Origin: an uncultured Anderseniella sp.
GTDB lineage: Bacteria; Pseudomonadota; Alphaproteobacteria; Rhizobiales; Aestuariivirgaceae
Length of the DNA: 64,000 nt
Assembly: GCA_964390445.1 (NCBI GenBank)
Contig: CAYMJJ010000002.1
Span: forward strand, 7,057 to 71,056
Direction of reading: 5' to 3'
Under the pieces are notes generated by a model that was not told the origin of the DNA, searched no databases, and saw nothing but the letters and a program-made list of their open reading frames with translations. Positions 30,227-38,761 of this stretch are shown here, piece by piece (within the stretch, counting starts at the first letter, position 1; every line of letters starts with the position of its first letter). The position numbers and the translations under genes were made by a program.

Positions 30227-32212
30227 TTGCCAAAACGCCCAGTCTCATTCCTGATCCTGATCGTCGGGATCCTGTTATCCGCCTTGGCTGGCTTTACAGC
30301 CTACAGTGTCGTCGATAGCAAAAGGCTGCAAACCGACCGGTTTGCGGCCGAAACGCTTGTTGAGGACATGCAGGGCAAAATACTCGTCACCGAGGCCCAG
30401 CTGCGTGCATTGCGTGGCTTTTTCACGATCAAACGTAATGTGACCGATAACGAGTTCGAGAACTTTGCCGCCCAGTTGTCACAGCCGTCGCATGTTCGCG
30501 CCCTGCAACTGGTCCAGTTCTTGAAAGCTGGCAGCATTGAAGAATATGCCAGGCAACAGCGCGGCTTCAGGAAATACCCGTTCACCCCGACCGAACGTAA
30601 CACCGCCGCCGACGTGATGGCGGTATCCGGCGACCGCGATCACGCCATCATCGAATTCATCTACCCGATGACTGGCAACCAGCGTGCCCTCGGTCTGGAC
30701 ATTTCGTCAAATGAGTACGCCAAGGATGCTCTCGCCCGGGCCGTTGACCATGGCAATGTCGCCACCAGCGATCCGTTTGCGCTGGTCCAGAACCCGGACG
30801 AATCCGCTTTCCAGATGTTCTTGCCGGTTGCGCGGCACGACATTGGCGAGCCATCCCAGGTCCAATTCAACGGGGCGGTGGGTGCGCTGATTTCCATCAA
30901 TGAACTGGTCAATGTCTCACAAACCAACGACAGCATCATTGCGCGGCTCACCAATATCGATTCCGGCATTGTCATTTACGCGTCGACGATCCCCATCGAA
31001 GGACGCCCCCTTGTGGACTACAAGCTCCAGGTGGGTGACCGCAGCTGGAATGCGACGATTGCGGTTCCGGCAGGGCGAACCAGTGCTGCGGCGGCGATGC
31101 TGGTTTTCGGCCTCGGATCCTTGTTGACGCTTGTCGCGCTTGGCGCATACGAGCAGTCCCGCTTGCAGGAGCGCAACCGGCAGGTTGGCTCTCTGCTTGA
31201 TCGCAGCGAGCATGCCCGCGCCATCCGTGATGCTGCCTATACATCGTTGTTCAACGGTACCGGCACCGCCAATGCCGAGATCGAGGTTGGCACCGGGTTC
31301 GTCGTCAAGGCCAACCTGCGGCTGATGGAACTGACGGGGCTGGAGCCCGGCGAGATCGAGGGCCGGTTGCTGAATGACCTGTTCGATGCGCGGGACCAGC
31401 CAGCCGTGACAGCATTGGTCAACAGCCTCAGTAACAAGGCGGCGTTGCCCGGCACCACGTCGGTGCGGTTGCGGGACAGCCAGGACAAGGTGCGCTGGAT
31501 GCTTGTCAGTGCGGGCGAACCCATCGAGAACGATGCGGGTGGCACGACGGCAAGCCTTGTCATGCAGGATATCACTGTCGCCAAGGAATCGTCCCAGGCC
31601 CGCGACCTGCTGGTGCGGGAACTCGCCCACCGCGTGCGCAACACCATGCAGCTTGTTTCGAGCCTGGCAGACCAGACCGCTGCCCGGTCTTCAACCGTCG
31701 ACGACTACCGGCGCAATCTTCAGGCCAGGTTGCGTGCGCTGAACGTGGCCCAGGATGCTCTGTTTGAAGTCAACTGGGGTTCGGTAAAGCTCGATTCGCT
31801 GGTCAGCAAGATCCTGTCGCCCTTCGATGCCGAAAGGGCGGAGGATCGGCGTATTACCAGCAATATTGCGCCGGTGATGGTTACCGCGCAGCAGGCCCAG
31901 ATGATTGCCCTGGCCATTCATGAACTCGCCAGCAACGCCGCAAAGTATGGTGCGCTGAGCCACCGCGATGGAAAGATCGAGCTTGAAATCTCCATCAAGC
32001 CGGACGCCGACATGCTGAAAGATGACAATGTCCTGAAACTGCGCTGGTCGGAAACCAGTCCGTCGCGCAAAACCAGCGAGCCCTCGCAGAAGGGGTTTGG
32101 CACGATCATGCTGGAAAAGCTGCTGGCCCGGCAATATGGTGGCCAGACGCGGTTTACCTGGCGCAAGAACGGCTTGCTGTTTGAAGCGGACCTGCCGATT
32201 TCGTCCAGCTAG
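30227..32212 (+). CDS. CHASE-PAS-HWE histidine kinase
   Basis: Two TM segments flank a CHASE-like domain (FIYPMTGNQRALGLD), then a PAS-like region, ELAHRVRN, HELASNAAKYGALS, LRWSE, GFG. Confidence 0.92.
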   Translation: MPKRPVSFLILIVGILLSALAGFTAYSVVDSKRLQTDRFAAETLVEDMQGKILVTEAQLRALRGFFTIKRNVTDNEFENFAAQLSQPSHVRALQLVQFLKAGSIEEYARQQRGFRKYPFTPTERNTAADVMAVSGDRDHAIIEFIYPMTGNQRALGLDISSNEYAKDALARAVDHGNVATSDPFALVQNPDESAFQMFLPVARHDIGEPSQVQFNGAVGALISINELVNVSQTNDSIIARLTNIDSGIVIYASTIPIEGRPLVDYKLQVGDRSWNATIAVPAGRTSAAAAMLVFGLGSLLTLVALGAYEQSRLQERNRQVGSLLDRSEHARAIRDAAYTSLFNGTGTANAEIEVGTGFVVKANLRLMELTGLEPGEIEGRLLNDLFDARDQPAVTALVNSLSNKAALPGTTSVRLRDSQDKVRWMLVSAGEPIENDAGGTTASLVMQDITVAKESSQARDLLVRELAHRVRNTMQLVSSLADQTAARSSTVDDYRRNLQARLRALNVAQDALFEVNWGSVKLDSLVSKILSPFDAERAEDRRITSNIAPVMVTAQQAQMIALAIHELASNAAKYGALSHRDGKIELEISIKPDADMLKDDNVLKLRWSETSPSRKTSEPSQKGFGTIMLEKLLARQYGGQTRFTWRKNGLLFEADLPISSS

Positions 32213-32268
32213 TTTCCCCGGCCTCCCGATCAGCGCTCAGGGGCGTCAGCGCATCAATCATTTGATAT

Positions 32269-32293
32269 GCAACCAAATGCTTTGGCGAACGTT
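32269..32293 (+). promoter_or_regulatory. Sigma-EcfG-type promoter (GCAAC-N16-CGTT)
   Basis: GCAAC caaatgctttggcgaa CGTT upstream of small ORF-nepR-ecfG. Confidence 0.7.
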
Positions 32294-32339
32294 TGGTCCT
32301 CATTACATCAACGCGAACACCATCGAACTCGGAAGTTTC

Positions 32340-32468
32340 ATGACCAAGCTGACAAAGGAAGAAGCACGCGCTGGCACCGACAACCGAATGCCGAGGCATG
32401 TCCTGTTCATCGGCACCGCGTTGGCTATCGTCGGCTTGACGCTGGCATTCTGGTACTTCGCAGCCTAG
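32340..32468 (+). CDS. Small single-TM protein (42 aa)
   Basis: MTKLTKEEARAGTDNRMPRHVLFIGTALAIVGLTLAFWYFAA; GGAAG RBS; EcfG promoter 46 bp upstream. Confidence 0.7.
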   Translation: MTKLTKEEARAGTDNRMPRHVLFIGTALAIVGLTLAFWYFAA

Positions 32469-32564
32469 GTTTGCGTTACTTGGTCATCGAGCTTGTCCTG
32501 CTCGGACGCGTGGCCGGGCTTCAACAGGTGCTAACGGCGCGGTGGATGGCATATGAGGAAGACA

Positions 32565-32759
32565 ATGCATCAAGCAACATCGGGAGAAGGCAACGGCGGG
32601 GTCGGCAAGCCATCTCGCAAGCCTGACGCCATCGTCGAGGAGTCAATCGGACGCCACCTCAAAAAGCTTTATGACGAAGTCGCCAATGAGCCGGTGCCGG
32701 ACCGTTTTGCCGAGTTGCTCAAGCAACTGGAGCAACAGGAAAAGGGGGAGGAGGACTGA
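32565..32759 (+). CDS. nepR: Anti-sigma factor NepR
   Basis: IGRHLKKLYDEVANEPVPDRFAELLKQL signature; directly upstream of the ECF sigma; alternative start 32553. Confidence 0.93.
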   Translation: MHQATSGEGNGGVGKPSRKPDAIVEESIGRHLKKLYDEVANEPVPDRFAELLKQLEQQEKGEED

Positions 32760-32762
32760 CCA

Positions 32763-33269
32763 ATGGCCGTTTCGCAGGAATTGCGTGAAGGGCTGGTTAG
32801 CAACATTCCATCTCTTCGCGCCTTCGCCTACTCGCTCAGTGGAAACCCTGCGCGTGCCGATGATCTTGTCCAGGAAACCATGGTCAAGGCATGGGCAAAC
32901 TTCCAGTCATTCCAGGAGGGCACCAACCTTCGCGCGTGGCTGTTCACCATCTTGCGCAACGAGTTCTACTCGCAGATGCGCAAGAAGGGCCGCGAGATCG
33001 AGGATGCTGACGGCATGATTGCCGGGCGCCAGGCGGTCGAAGGCAACCAGGAAAGCCACCTTGCCCTGGAAGAGCTGAAGGCCGCACTGGCCGACCTGCC
33101 GGCCGACCAGCGCGAAGCGATCATCCTGATCGGTGCGTCAGGCATGGCCTACGAGGAAGCTGCCGAAATCTGCGGTGTCGCCGTCGGCACCATGAAAAGC
33201 CGGGTCAGCCGGGCGCGCAAGCGCCTCGCCGAAGTGCTTGGCCATGCCGAGCTTGATCTCGCCAGCTGA
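32763..33269 (+). CDS. ecfG: General stress response ECF sigma factor EcfG (SigT/RpoE2 type)
   Basis: LRAFAYSL, ADDLVQET, GTNLRAWLFTILRN, GTMKSRVSRAR; nepR and phyR context. Confidence 0.93.
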   Translation: MAVSQELREGLVSNIPSLRAFAYSLSGNPARADDLVQETMVKAWANFQSFQEGTNLRAWLFTILRNEFYSQMRKKGREIEDADGMIAGRQAVEGNQESHLALEELKAALADLPADQREAIILIGASGMAYEEAAEICGVAVGTMKSRVSRARKRLAEVLGHAELDLAS

Positions 33270-33296
33270 CGACCTGCCGCTTGCGCCGGCCCGGCG

Positions 33297-34175
33297 TCAC
33301 TTCTCCTTGCTGAAGATTTCGTAGATGCCAGATGTTTTCTGGTGCAGTTCCTGCTCGATCTGTCCATAGGTGAGCAGGGCAAACAGCCCTGTGCCGCCAA
33401 CGATGTTACCCAGCAGCGTCGGCAGGAAGAACCCGCCCAGCATTGCAGCCAGGGACACATCACCTGCGTAGACCAGCAGCATGCCTTCCACCGTTCCCGC
33501 AACAACGTGCGTGAAGTCGCCCGCTGCAATGATGTAGGTGACCAGGATGATCAGCCACAGCCCGGCCGAGTGCGCATTGGGCAGCATCCACACCAGGCCC
33601 GCAATCAGCCAGCCGGCAAAGATGCCCTTGATGAACATCTGCCACACCGTGTTTTCCATCATGTGATGGCTGATCGACAGGCTGGCTGCGAGCACATCAG
33701 CCGGTATCGCGCCGGTGTAGTAAAGCCCGGCAGCGAACAGCGCGCAGCCGACGAAATTTGCCGCCAGCACGCTCGACCACAGCCGCGCAAGGCCCGTAAC
33801 ACCAATCTTGCTGGGTTTCAGCAGGGTGGGTAGCACGACGGTGATGGTGTTCTCGGTAAACAGTTGCAGCCGCGCCATGATCACCATCACGAAGCCGACG
33901 CTGTAGCCCAGGTTGTCGACCAGCGGCCGCCACGGTTCATCCGGCAGGTGGGCCAGCAGGATGGCCTCCGCCAGTACCGAAAAGCCAATCGCAAGCCCCG
34001 CAGCAAATCCCGAGATGACAAGCGACTGCACCGGGCGCGTCAATTCCTCTTCGCCCGCCCGCCGGATGATTTCATACAACACCGGTGTGGCCAGGCTTGC
34101 GTTTTGCGCGACCGATTCTTCTTCCTTCTTGTCCAGGTCGATCGTCGATTCTTCTTCCAGCAATTCATCGCTCAT
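33297..34175 (-). CDS. Formate/nitrite transporter family protein (YfdC-like)
   Basis: GEEELTRP, LGYSVGF, QLFTENT, HVVAG, GNIVGG. Confidence 0.9.
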   Translation of the reverse strand: MSDELLEEESTIDLDKKEEESVAQNASLATPVLYEIIRRAGEEELTRPVQSLVISGFAAGLAIGFSVLAEAILLAHLPDEPWRPLVDNLGYSVGFVMVIMARLQLFTENTITVVLPTLLKPSKIGVTGLARLWSSVLAANFVGCALFAAGLYYTGAIPADVLAASLSISHHMMENTVWQMFIKGIFAGWLIAGLVWMLPNAHSAGLWLIILVTYIIAAGDFTHVVAGTVEGMLLVYAGDVSLAAMLGGFFLPTLLGNIVGGTGLFALLTYGQIEQELHQKTSGIYEIFSKEK

Positions 34176-34288
34176 TGGGTTGTTTTTCCCGCCTGTTATG
34201 CTTGCTCATGCGAAACGGCCCGGATGAAACCGACGTGGTCTCAACCGGGCCGCAATGCGTGCACATGGCCCTGTAGGCCTGCTGCCGG

Positions 34289-34453
34289 TCAGGCGCGGCG
34301 CGATATGTGCGCGATGACCGAGACCGCCAGCGCAATGAGGAAGATGAAGAACAGGATCTGGGCAATACCGGCAGATGCGCCGGCAATGCCACCAAACCCC
34401 AGCACACCTGCAATCAGTGCGACGACGAAGAAAACAATGGCCCAATACAACAT
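34289..34453 (-). CDS. DUF1328 (YtjA/UPF0391) small membrane protein, 54 aa
   Basis: Not in the ORF track. Manual translation [54 protein letters not shown]; AAGGAG RBS. Confidence 0.93.
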   Translation of the reverse strand: MLYWAIVFFVVALIAGVLGFGGIAGASAGIAQILFFIFLIALAVSVIAHISRRA

Positions 34454-34487
34454 GACAATCTCCTTTGAGTTTGTAGGTTGTAAGGTA

Positions 34488-34512
34488 AACGCCAGCCTCG
34501 GAATTCAGTTCC
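34488..34512 (-). promoter_or_regulatory. Sigma-EcfG promoter (GGAAC-N16-CGTT) for DUF1328-FNT
   Basis: Minus strand GGAAC tgaattccgaggctgg CGTT, a perfect consensus match. Confidence 0.85.
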
Positions 34513-34543
34513 CGGCGGGTGCGTGCAGCCACCATCCGGCCAT

Positions 34544-35344
34544 TCAGGCCGCCGCTTCCCTGGACCCGGCCGTACGGTCGAAGAACAGCGCCTGCGAAAT
34601 GATCGCCTTGACCATTTCCGGCACGAACGGCTTGGTGATCAGGAACGCAGGCTCGGGCTTTTCGCCGGTCAACAGACGCTCCGGAAATGCCGTGATGAAG
34701 ATTACCGGCACATCGAAAGTCTTGATGATGTCGTTGACCGCATCGATGCCCGAACTGCCATCGGCCAGCTGGATGTCTGCCAGCACCAGCCCCGGCCCCG
34801 TCTTGTCGGCCAACTCCACCGCTTCGGCGCGTGTGCGAGCCACGCCCAGCACCTCGTGGCCCAGATCCTCGACCAGCGCCTCGATATCGTGCGCGATCAG
34901 CGGTTCATCCTCGATGATCAGCACCCTCGTGTGCACCTGTTCGGCAATTTCGTGACCGGCCTGATCAAGCAGCGCCGTCATTTCATCCGCTGACTTGCCG
35001 AGAATGACCGCAGCTTCGTTGACCGTGAATTCCTCGACAGACACCAACAGAAACGCCTGCCGGGCCAGCGGCGTCAGCGCTTCAAGCTTGCGCGATGCAC
35101 TCTTCTCCCAGGCCTCGGAGGCCGTTCCTTCCAGGTTGACGTCGAGCGAACTCCACATCGACGACATCACCCGATAGGCCTCCACCCGGGCATCGTTCGA
35201 ACTGTCGAAGGTTGCCGGATCGGCAATCAGGGCTTCCAGCATGGCACCGACATAGGCATCTCCGCTTGCCTGTGAGCCGGTCAGCGCCCGCGCATAGCGG
35301 CGAAGTTTGGGCAGCAGGGGTGCAATCTGGCTGGCAATGCTCAT
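34544..35344 (-). CDS. phyR: Anti-anti-sigma response regulator PhyR
   Basis: N-terminal sigma-like domain LRRYARALTGSQASGDAYV plus receiver IIEDEPLIA, LADIQLADGSSG, FITAFPERLLTG, TKPF. Confidence 0.97.
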   Translation of the reverse strand: MSIASQIAPLLPKLRRYARALTGSQASGDAYVGAMLEALIADPATFDSSNDARVEAYRVMSSMWSSLDVNLEGTASEAWEKSASRKLEALTPLARQAFLLVSVEEFTVNEAAVILGKSADEMTALLDQAGHEIAEQVHTRVLIIEDEPLIAHDIEALVEDLGHEVLGVARTRAEAVELADKTGPGLVLADIQLADGSSGIDAVNDIIKTFDVPVIFITAFPERLLTGEKPEPAFLITKPFVPEMVKAIISQALFFDRTAGSREAAA

Positions 35345-35381
35345 TTTCGAAATTCTCCTGGAAGGATGACACCGGGCAGCG

Positions 35382-35407
35382 AACGCCTGGCGTGGAGCAG
35401 GTGTTCC
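35382..35407 (-). promoter_or_regulatory. Sigma-EcfG promoter P1 of phyR (GGAAC-N17-CGTT)
   Basis: Minus strand GGAAC acctgctccacgccagg CGTT. Confidence 0.8.
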
Positions 35408-35457
35408 CGGCGCACGGTTGATCAACTAGTGAACGTATAGTCCCGCATGAGCGCAAT

Positions 35458-35482
35458 AACGGTTTAGCCCGCAAATGGTTCC
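35458..35482 (-). promoter_or_regulatory. Sigma-EcfG promoter P2 upstream of phyR (GGAAC-N16-CGTT)
   Basis: Minus strand GGAAC catttgcgggctaaac CGTT. Confidence 0.8.
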
Positions 35483-35564
35483 ATCGATTCTAGGTGATGG
35501 CGCACCGTGCCGCAATCAACCCTTGCGAAGGGCGTTCTCCTGCACAGCACGCAACCGGAACCTG

Positions 35565-35590
35565 GGAACCGATCCGGTGAGGCGGGCATT
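35565..35590 (+). promoter_or_regulatory. Sigma-EcfG promoter (GGAAC-N17-CATT) for the secreted protein at 35660
   Basis: GGAAC cgatccggtgaggcggg CATT. Confidence 0.7.
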
Positions 35591-35659
35591 GATACCTCAT
35601 AGCGTCCTCGAGTGCAGACCAGCTTTTCGAGGCTTCAATACCGCAAGAGGAGTATTCTG

Positions 35660-35980
35660 ATGAAGAAGTTTATCACCGTTACCGCCATCGCACTTGCCGC
35701 CACCCTTTCGGCAGCACCTGCCATGGCCGACCAGATCGATCCCAACAATCCGAACGTCACCAACCAGCGTGTTGACGCTGACGGCCAGCGCGACATCCAG
35801 ACCCGCTGGAATGACTGCAAGACCTTGCAGGATTCGCTGGTCGAGAACGCCACCAACCAGCAGATGGATTCCTTCAACACCCAGTGCGCCGAGTTCATCG
35901 ACACTAGGACCGGCAAGCTGGCGGTTGATCCCAGCGCGACCAACGAGCAGCTTGGCGTTGAATCCAATACAGCCAACTAG
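35660..35980 (+). CDS. Hypothetical secreted protein (106 aa, Asn/Gln/Asp-rich, two Cys)
   Basis: MKKFITVTAIALAATLSAAPAMA signal peptide, GAGGAG RBS, host-like codon usage, terminator downstream. Confidence 0.85.
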   Translation: MKKFITVTAIALAATLSAAPAMADQIDPNNPNVTNQRVDADGQRDIQTRWNDCKTLQDSLVENATNQQMDSFNTQCAEFIDTRTGKLAVDPSATNEQLGVESNTAN

Positions 35981-36025
35981 CACTCGCCAAATCAGGCAAC
36001 CCTTGCGGTTGCCACAGACCACCAG

Positions 36026-36054
36026 GGCCGGGGCGGGACATAGCCCCGGCCTTT
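36026..36054 (+). terminator. Putative intrinsic terminator
   Basis: GGCCGGGGC/GCCCCGGCC 9-bp stem followed by TTT. Confidence 0.55.
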
Positions 36055-36139
36055 GCCGTTCTGGAGGGCGCTCAAGTGCGTGATGGTGTGCACACAGCAA
36101 ACAGGCCCGCCACGTCATCCGTGGCGAGCCCGTTCTAAT

Positions 36140-36216
36140 TGGTCGGAGTGGCGAGATTCGAACTCACGACCCCCTGCTCCCGAAGCAGGTGCGCTACCAG
36201 GCTGCGCTACACTCCG
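36140..36216 (-). tRNA. tRNA-Pro (anticodon CGG)
   Basis: CGGAGTGTAGCGCAGCCTGGTAGCGCACCTGCTTCGGGAGCAGGGGGTCGTGAGTTCGAATCTCGCCACTCCGACCA; cloverleaf with encoded CCA. Confidence 0.97.
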
Positions 36217-36365
36217 TTGCTGTCTGAGCGCCGGGTTATATCGCCGTCATACCGCGTGCGCAAGCCGTCATCACGAAGGCTCACAAGTGCCGTTGCAGCG
36301 GATAGGCGGAATCAGTATGGTGCGCCTCCATCGGCTGCCGGTCACCATCCGGTATCCGCGTTAAT

Positions 36366-36440
36366 TGGGGCGTAGCCAAGTGGTAAGGCAGCGGTTTTTG
36401 GTACCGCCATTCCCAGGTTCGAATCCTGGCGCCCCAGCCA
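36366..36440 (+). tRNA. tRNA-Gln (anticodon TTG)
   Basis: TGGGGCGTAGCCAAGTGGTAAGGCAGCGGTTTTTGGTACCGCCATTCCCAGGTTCGAATCCTGGCGCCCCAGCCA. Confidence 0.97.
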
Positions 36441-36462
36441 GTTCCCCGCAGGTAAGCCGCTT

Positions 36463-37743
36463 ATGACCACAACCTCTGCTGCAGGCACTGTGCGCCACAT
36501 GAGCCTGGTCCGGTTGCTGCTGACGGTGCTGCTGCCGTTCTCGCTGTGCTATTTCCTGTCCTACCTCTACCGCGCGGTCAACGCCGTCATCGCCCCCAAC
36601 CTGGTCAGCGACATTGGCCTGGACGCGGGCGAACTGGGCCTGCTGACCGCCGCTTACCTGATCGGCTTTGCCGGTTTCCAGATCCCGCTCGGCGTTCTGC
36701 TGGACCGCTTCGGCCCGCGCAAGGTGCAGGCGCTGCTGTTATGCGTGGGCGCTTTGGGTGCGTTGCTGTTCGCCTGGTCAGCTGACAAGTGGGGCCTCAG
36801 CTTTGCCCGCATGTTGATCGGCATCGGCTCGGCAGGCGGGTTGATGGCAGGCTTCAAGGCGGTCAGCATCTGGGTGCCGGAAGACCGCCGGGCGTTGGCC
36901 AACGCTTGCATCATGGCCGTGGGGGGGCTGGGGATTCTGACCGCGACGGTGCCGGCCGAATGGGCCACCGCCACCTTCGGCTGGCGCTACATGTTTCTCG
37001 GCATCATGGGCATCACCTTTGCCGTAGCGATCTTTCTCTATCTGGTGGTGCCGGAACGTCCTGCCTCCATGGCTGCTGCACCCGGCACACCAGCCGCAAG
37101 CGTTCTGGGTGCCATCGGCACCATCTACACCGACCCCGTGTTCTGGCGCATCGCGCCCTTTGTGGCGCTGACGGCGGGCTGTCACATCGGCATCCAGACC
37201 CTGTGGGCCGGCCCCTGGTTGCGCGACATTGCGGGCCTCGACCGGGCCGGCGTCGCCGGTGTGCTGGGCCTGCAGGCGGTCGGATTCCTGATCGGCACCT
37301 TGATGAGCGGATGGGTAGCCGACTGGCTCGGACGCCGGGGCGTCAGCCTGCTCGTCACCATGACCGGCTTCATCGTGCTGTTCATGGGGGTACAACTGAT
37401 GATCCTGTTCGAACCGGTCAGCCTTGCTCCTGCGGTGTGGTTCATCTTCGGCATGTTCGGCCAGGCGGGCATCCTTGCCTATCCGTGGCTGGCGCGGTAT
37501 TTCGGTACCGACCTGGCGGGCCGCTCCAACGGCTGCCTCAACACGCTGGTGTTCGCCGTAGCCTTCCTGTCGCAATATGCCATCGGCGCGATCATAGACC
37601 TGTGGCCTCTGGCAGCAGACGGCGGCTACCAGCCGCAAGCCTATCAGGCTGGCTTTGGCCTGTTCCTCGGCCTGCAGGCCGTGGCGCTGGTATGGTTTGC
37701 GCTTAAGGTACCGCACGGAACCTTGAGAAAGCAAACGGCATGA
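36463..37743 (+). CDS. MFS transporter
   Basis: About 12 hydrophobic segments; motif A GVLLDRFGPRK and repeat GWVADWLGRR. Confidence 0.92.
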   Translation: MTTTSAAGTVRHMSLVRLLLTVLLPFSLCYFLSYLYRAVNAVIAPNLVSDIGLDAGELGLLTAAYLIGFAGFQIPLGVLLDRFGPRKVQALLLCVGALGALLFAWSADKWGLSFARMLIGIGSAGGLMAGFKAVSIWVPEDRRALANACIMAVGGLGILTATVPAEWATATFGWRYMFLGIMGITFAVAIFLYLVVPERPASMAAAPGTPAASVLGAIGTIYTDPVFWRIAPFVALTAGCHIGIQTLWAGPWLRDIAGLDRAGVAGVLGLQAVGFLIGTLMSGWVADWLGRRGVSLLVTMTGFIVLFMGVQLMILFEPVSLAPAVWFIFGMFGQAGILAYPWLARYFGTDLAGRSNGCLNTLVFAVAFLSQYAIGAIIDLWPLAADGGYQPQAYQAGFGLFLGLQAVALVWFALKVPHGTLRKQTA

Positions 37744-38729
37744 CCGACCCGATCCTTGCAGAAGTCATCCGTGGCGGCGTCGTCGAAAGCGTGCATCGCG
37801 GCGCATGGGCGGTGATCGGCCCTGGCGGTGAATTGCTCGCCAGCTCCGGCGATATCGACACACCCATCTTCCCCCGCTCCGCCATCAAGGCGTTCCAGGC
37901 CCTGCCGGCGTTGGAGGCCGGCATTGCCGAAGCCTACGGCATGGACGACCGCGAGATCGCGCTGGCGGTCGCTTCGCACAATGGCGAGGAAGCCCACGTT
38001 GAAACCGCGCGCTCTGCCCTCGCCAAGGCGCACATGTCCGAAGCCGCCTATGAATGCGGTGCCCAGTGGCCATCGCTGGGCAGTGCGCTGCGCGACCTTG
38101 TGCGCAGCGGCGGCGAGGCGCTTGCTGTTCACAACAATTGCTCCGGCAAGCACGCCTTCATGCTGGCCTTCGCGCGTCAGCTTGGCGTTGACCCCGAAGG
38201 TTACACGAGGCGCGATCACCCGGTGCAGCAGGCCATCGAGATAACTTATGGCGAGATGTGCGACTATGACCTGACGTGCGCGCCGTGCGGCATCGACGGC
38301 TGTTCGGTGCCGACCTGGGCACTGCCGCTTCGCAACATTGCGCTCGGCTTCCAGCGATTTGCCTCAGGCGAAGGCCTGAGCGACACCCGCGCCGCCGCCT
38401 GCCGCCGCATCATCGAGGCAGTGCGCGCCCACCCCTTCATGGTCGCAGGCACCAAGCGGTTCTGCACCAGGCTGATGGAGGCGGTGCCGCGCGCCTTCGT
38501 CAAGGTGGGGGCGGAAGGCGTCTATTGCGCCGCCATCCCGCATGCTGGCATCGGCGTTGCCATGAAGGTCGATGACGGCGCCAGCCGTGGCGTCGAGGTG
38601 GCACTGGCGCGCGTCCTTGCCGGGCTTGACTGCTGGACCGATGAGGAGGCCGCCGCGCTGGCCGGCATGACCGTCGAACCGATGCACAACTGGCGTGGCA
38701 TCCATGTGGGCGAGGTGAGGGCGGTCTAG
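37740..38729 (+). CDS. Asparaginase II (Rhizobium-type, class 3)
   Basis: RGGVVESVHRG, RSAIK, SHNGE, NNCSGKH, DGC, KVGAEGV, DGASR. Confidence 0.9.
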   Translation: MTDPILAEVIRGGVVESVHRGAWAVIGPGGELLASSGDIDTPIFPRSAIKAFQALPALEAGIAEAYGMDDREIALAVASHNGEEAHVETARSALAKAHMSEAAYECGAQWPSLGSALRDLVRSGGEALAVHNNCSGKHAFMLAFARQLGVDPEGYTRRDHPVQQAIEITYGEMCDYDLTCAPCGIDGCSVPTWALPLRNIALGFQRFASGEGLSDTRAAACRRIIEAVRAHPFMVAGTKRFCTRLMEAVPRAFVKVGAEGVYCAAIPHAGIGVAMKVDDGASRGVEVALARVLAGLDCWTDEEAAALAGMTVEPMHNWRGIHVGEVRAV

Positions 38730-38761
38730 TGCACGATCCACTTAGTCGCGCGCCAAAAACC

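Noticed and set aside
36139-36375. 78-aa and 103-aa ORFs over the tRNA region
   Set aside because: They are translations of the antisense strand of tRNA-Pro.
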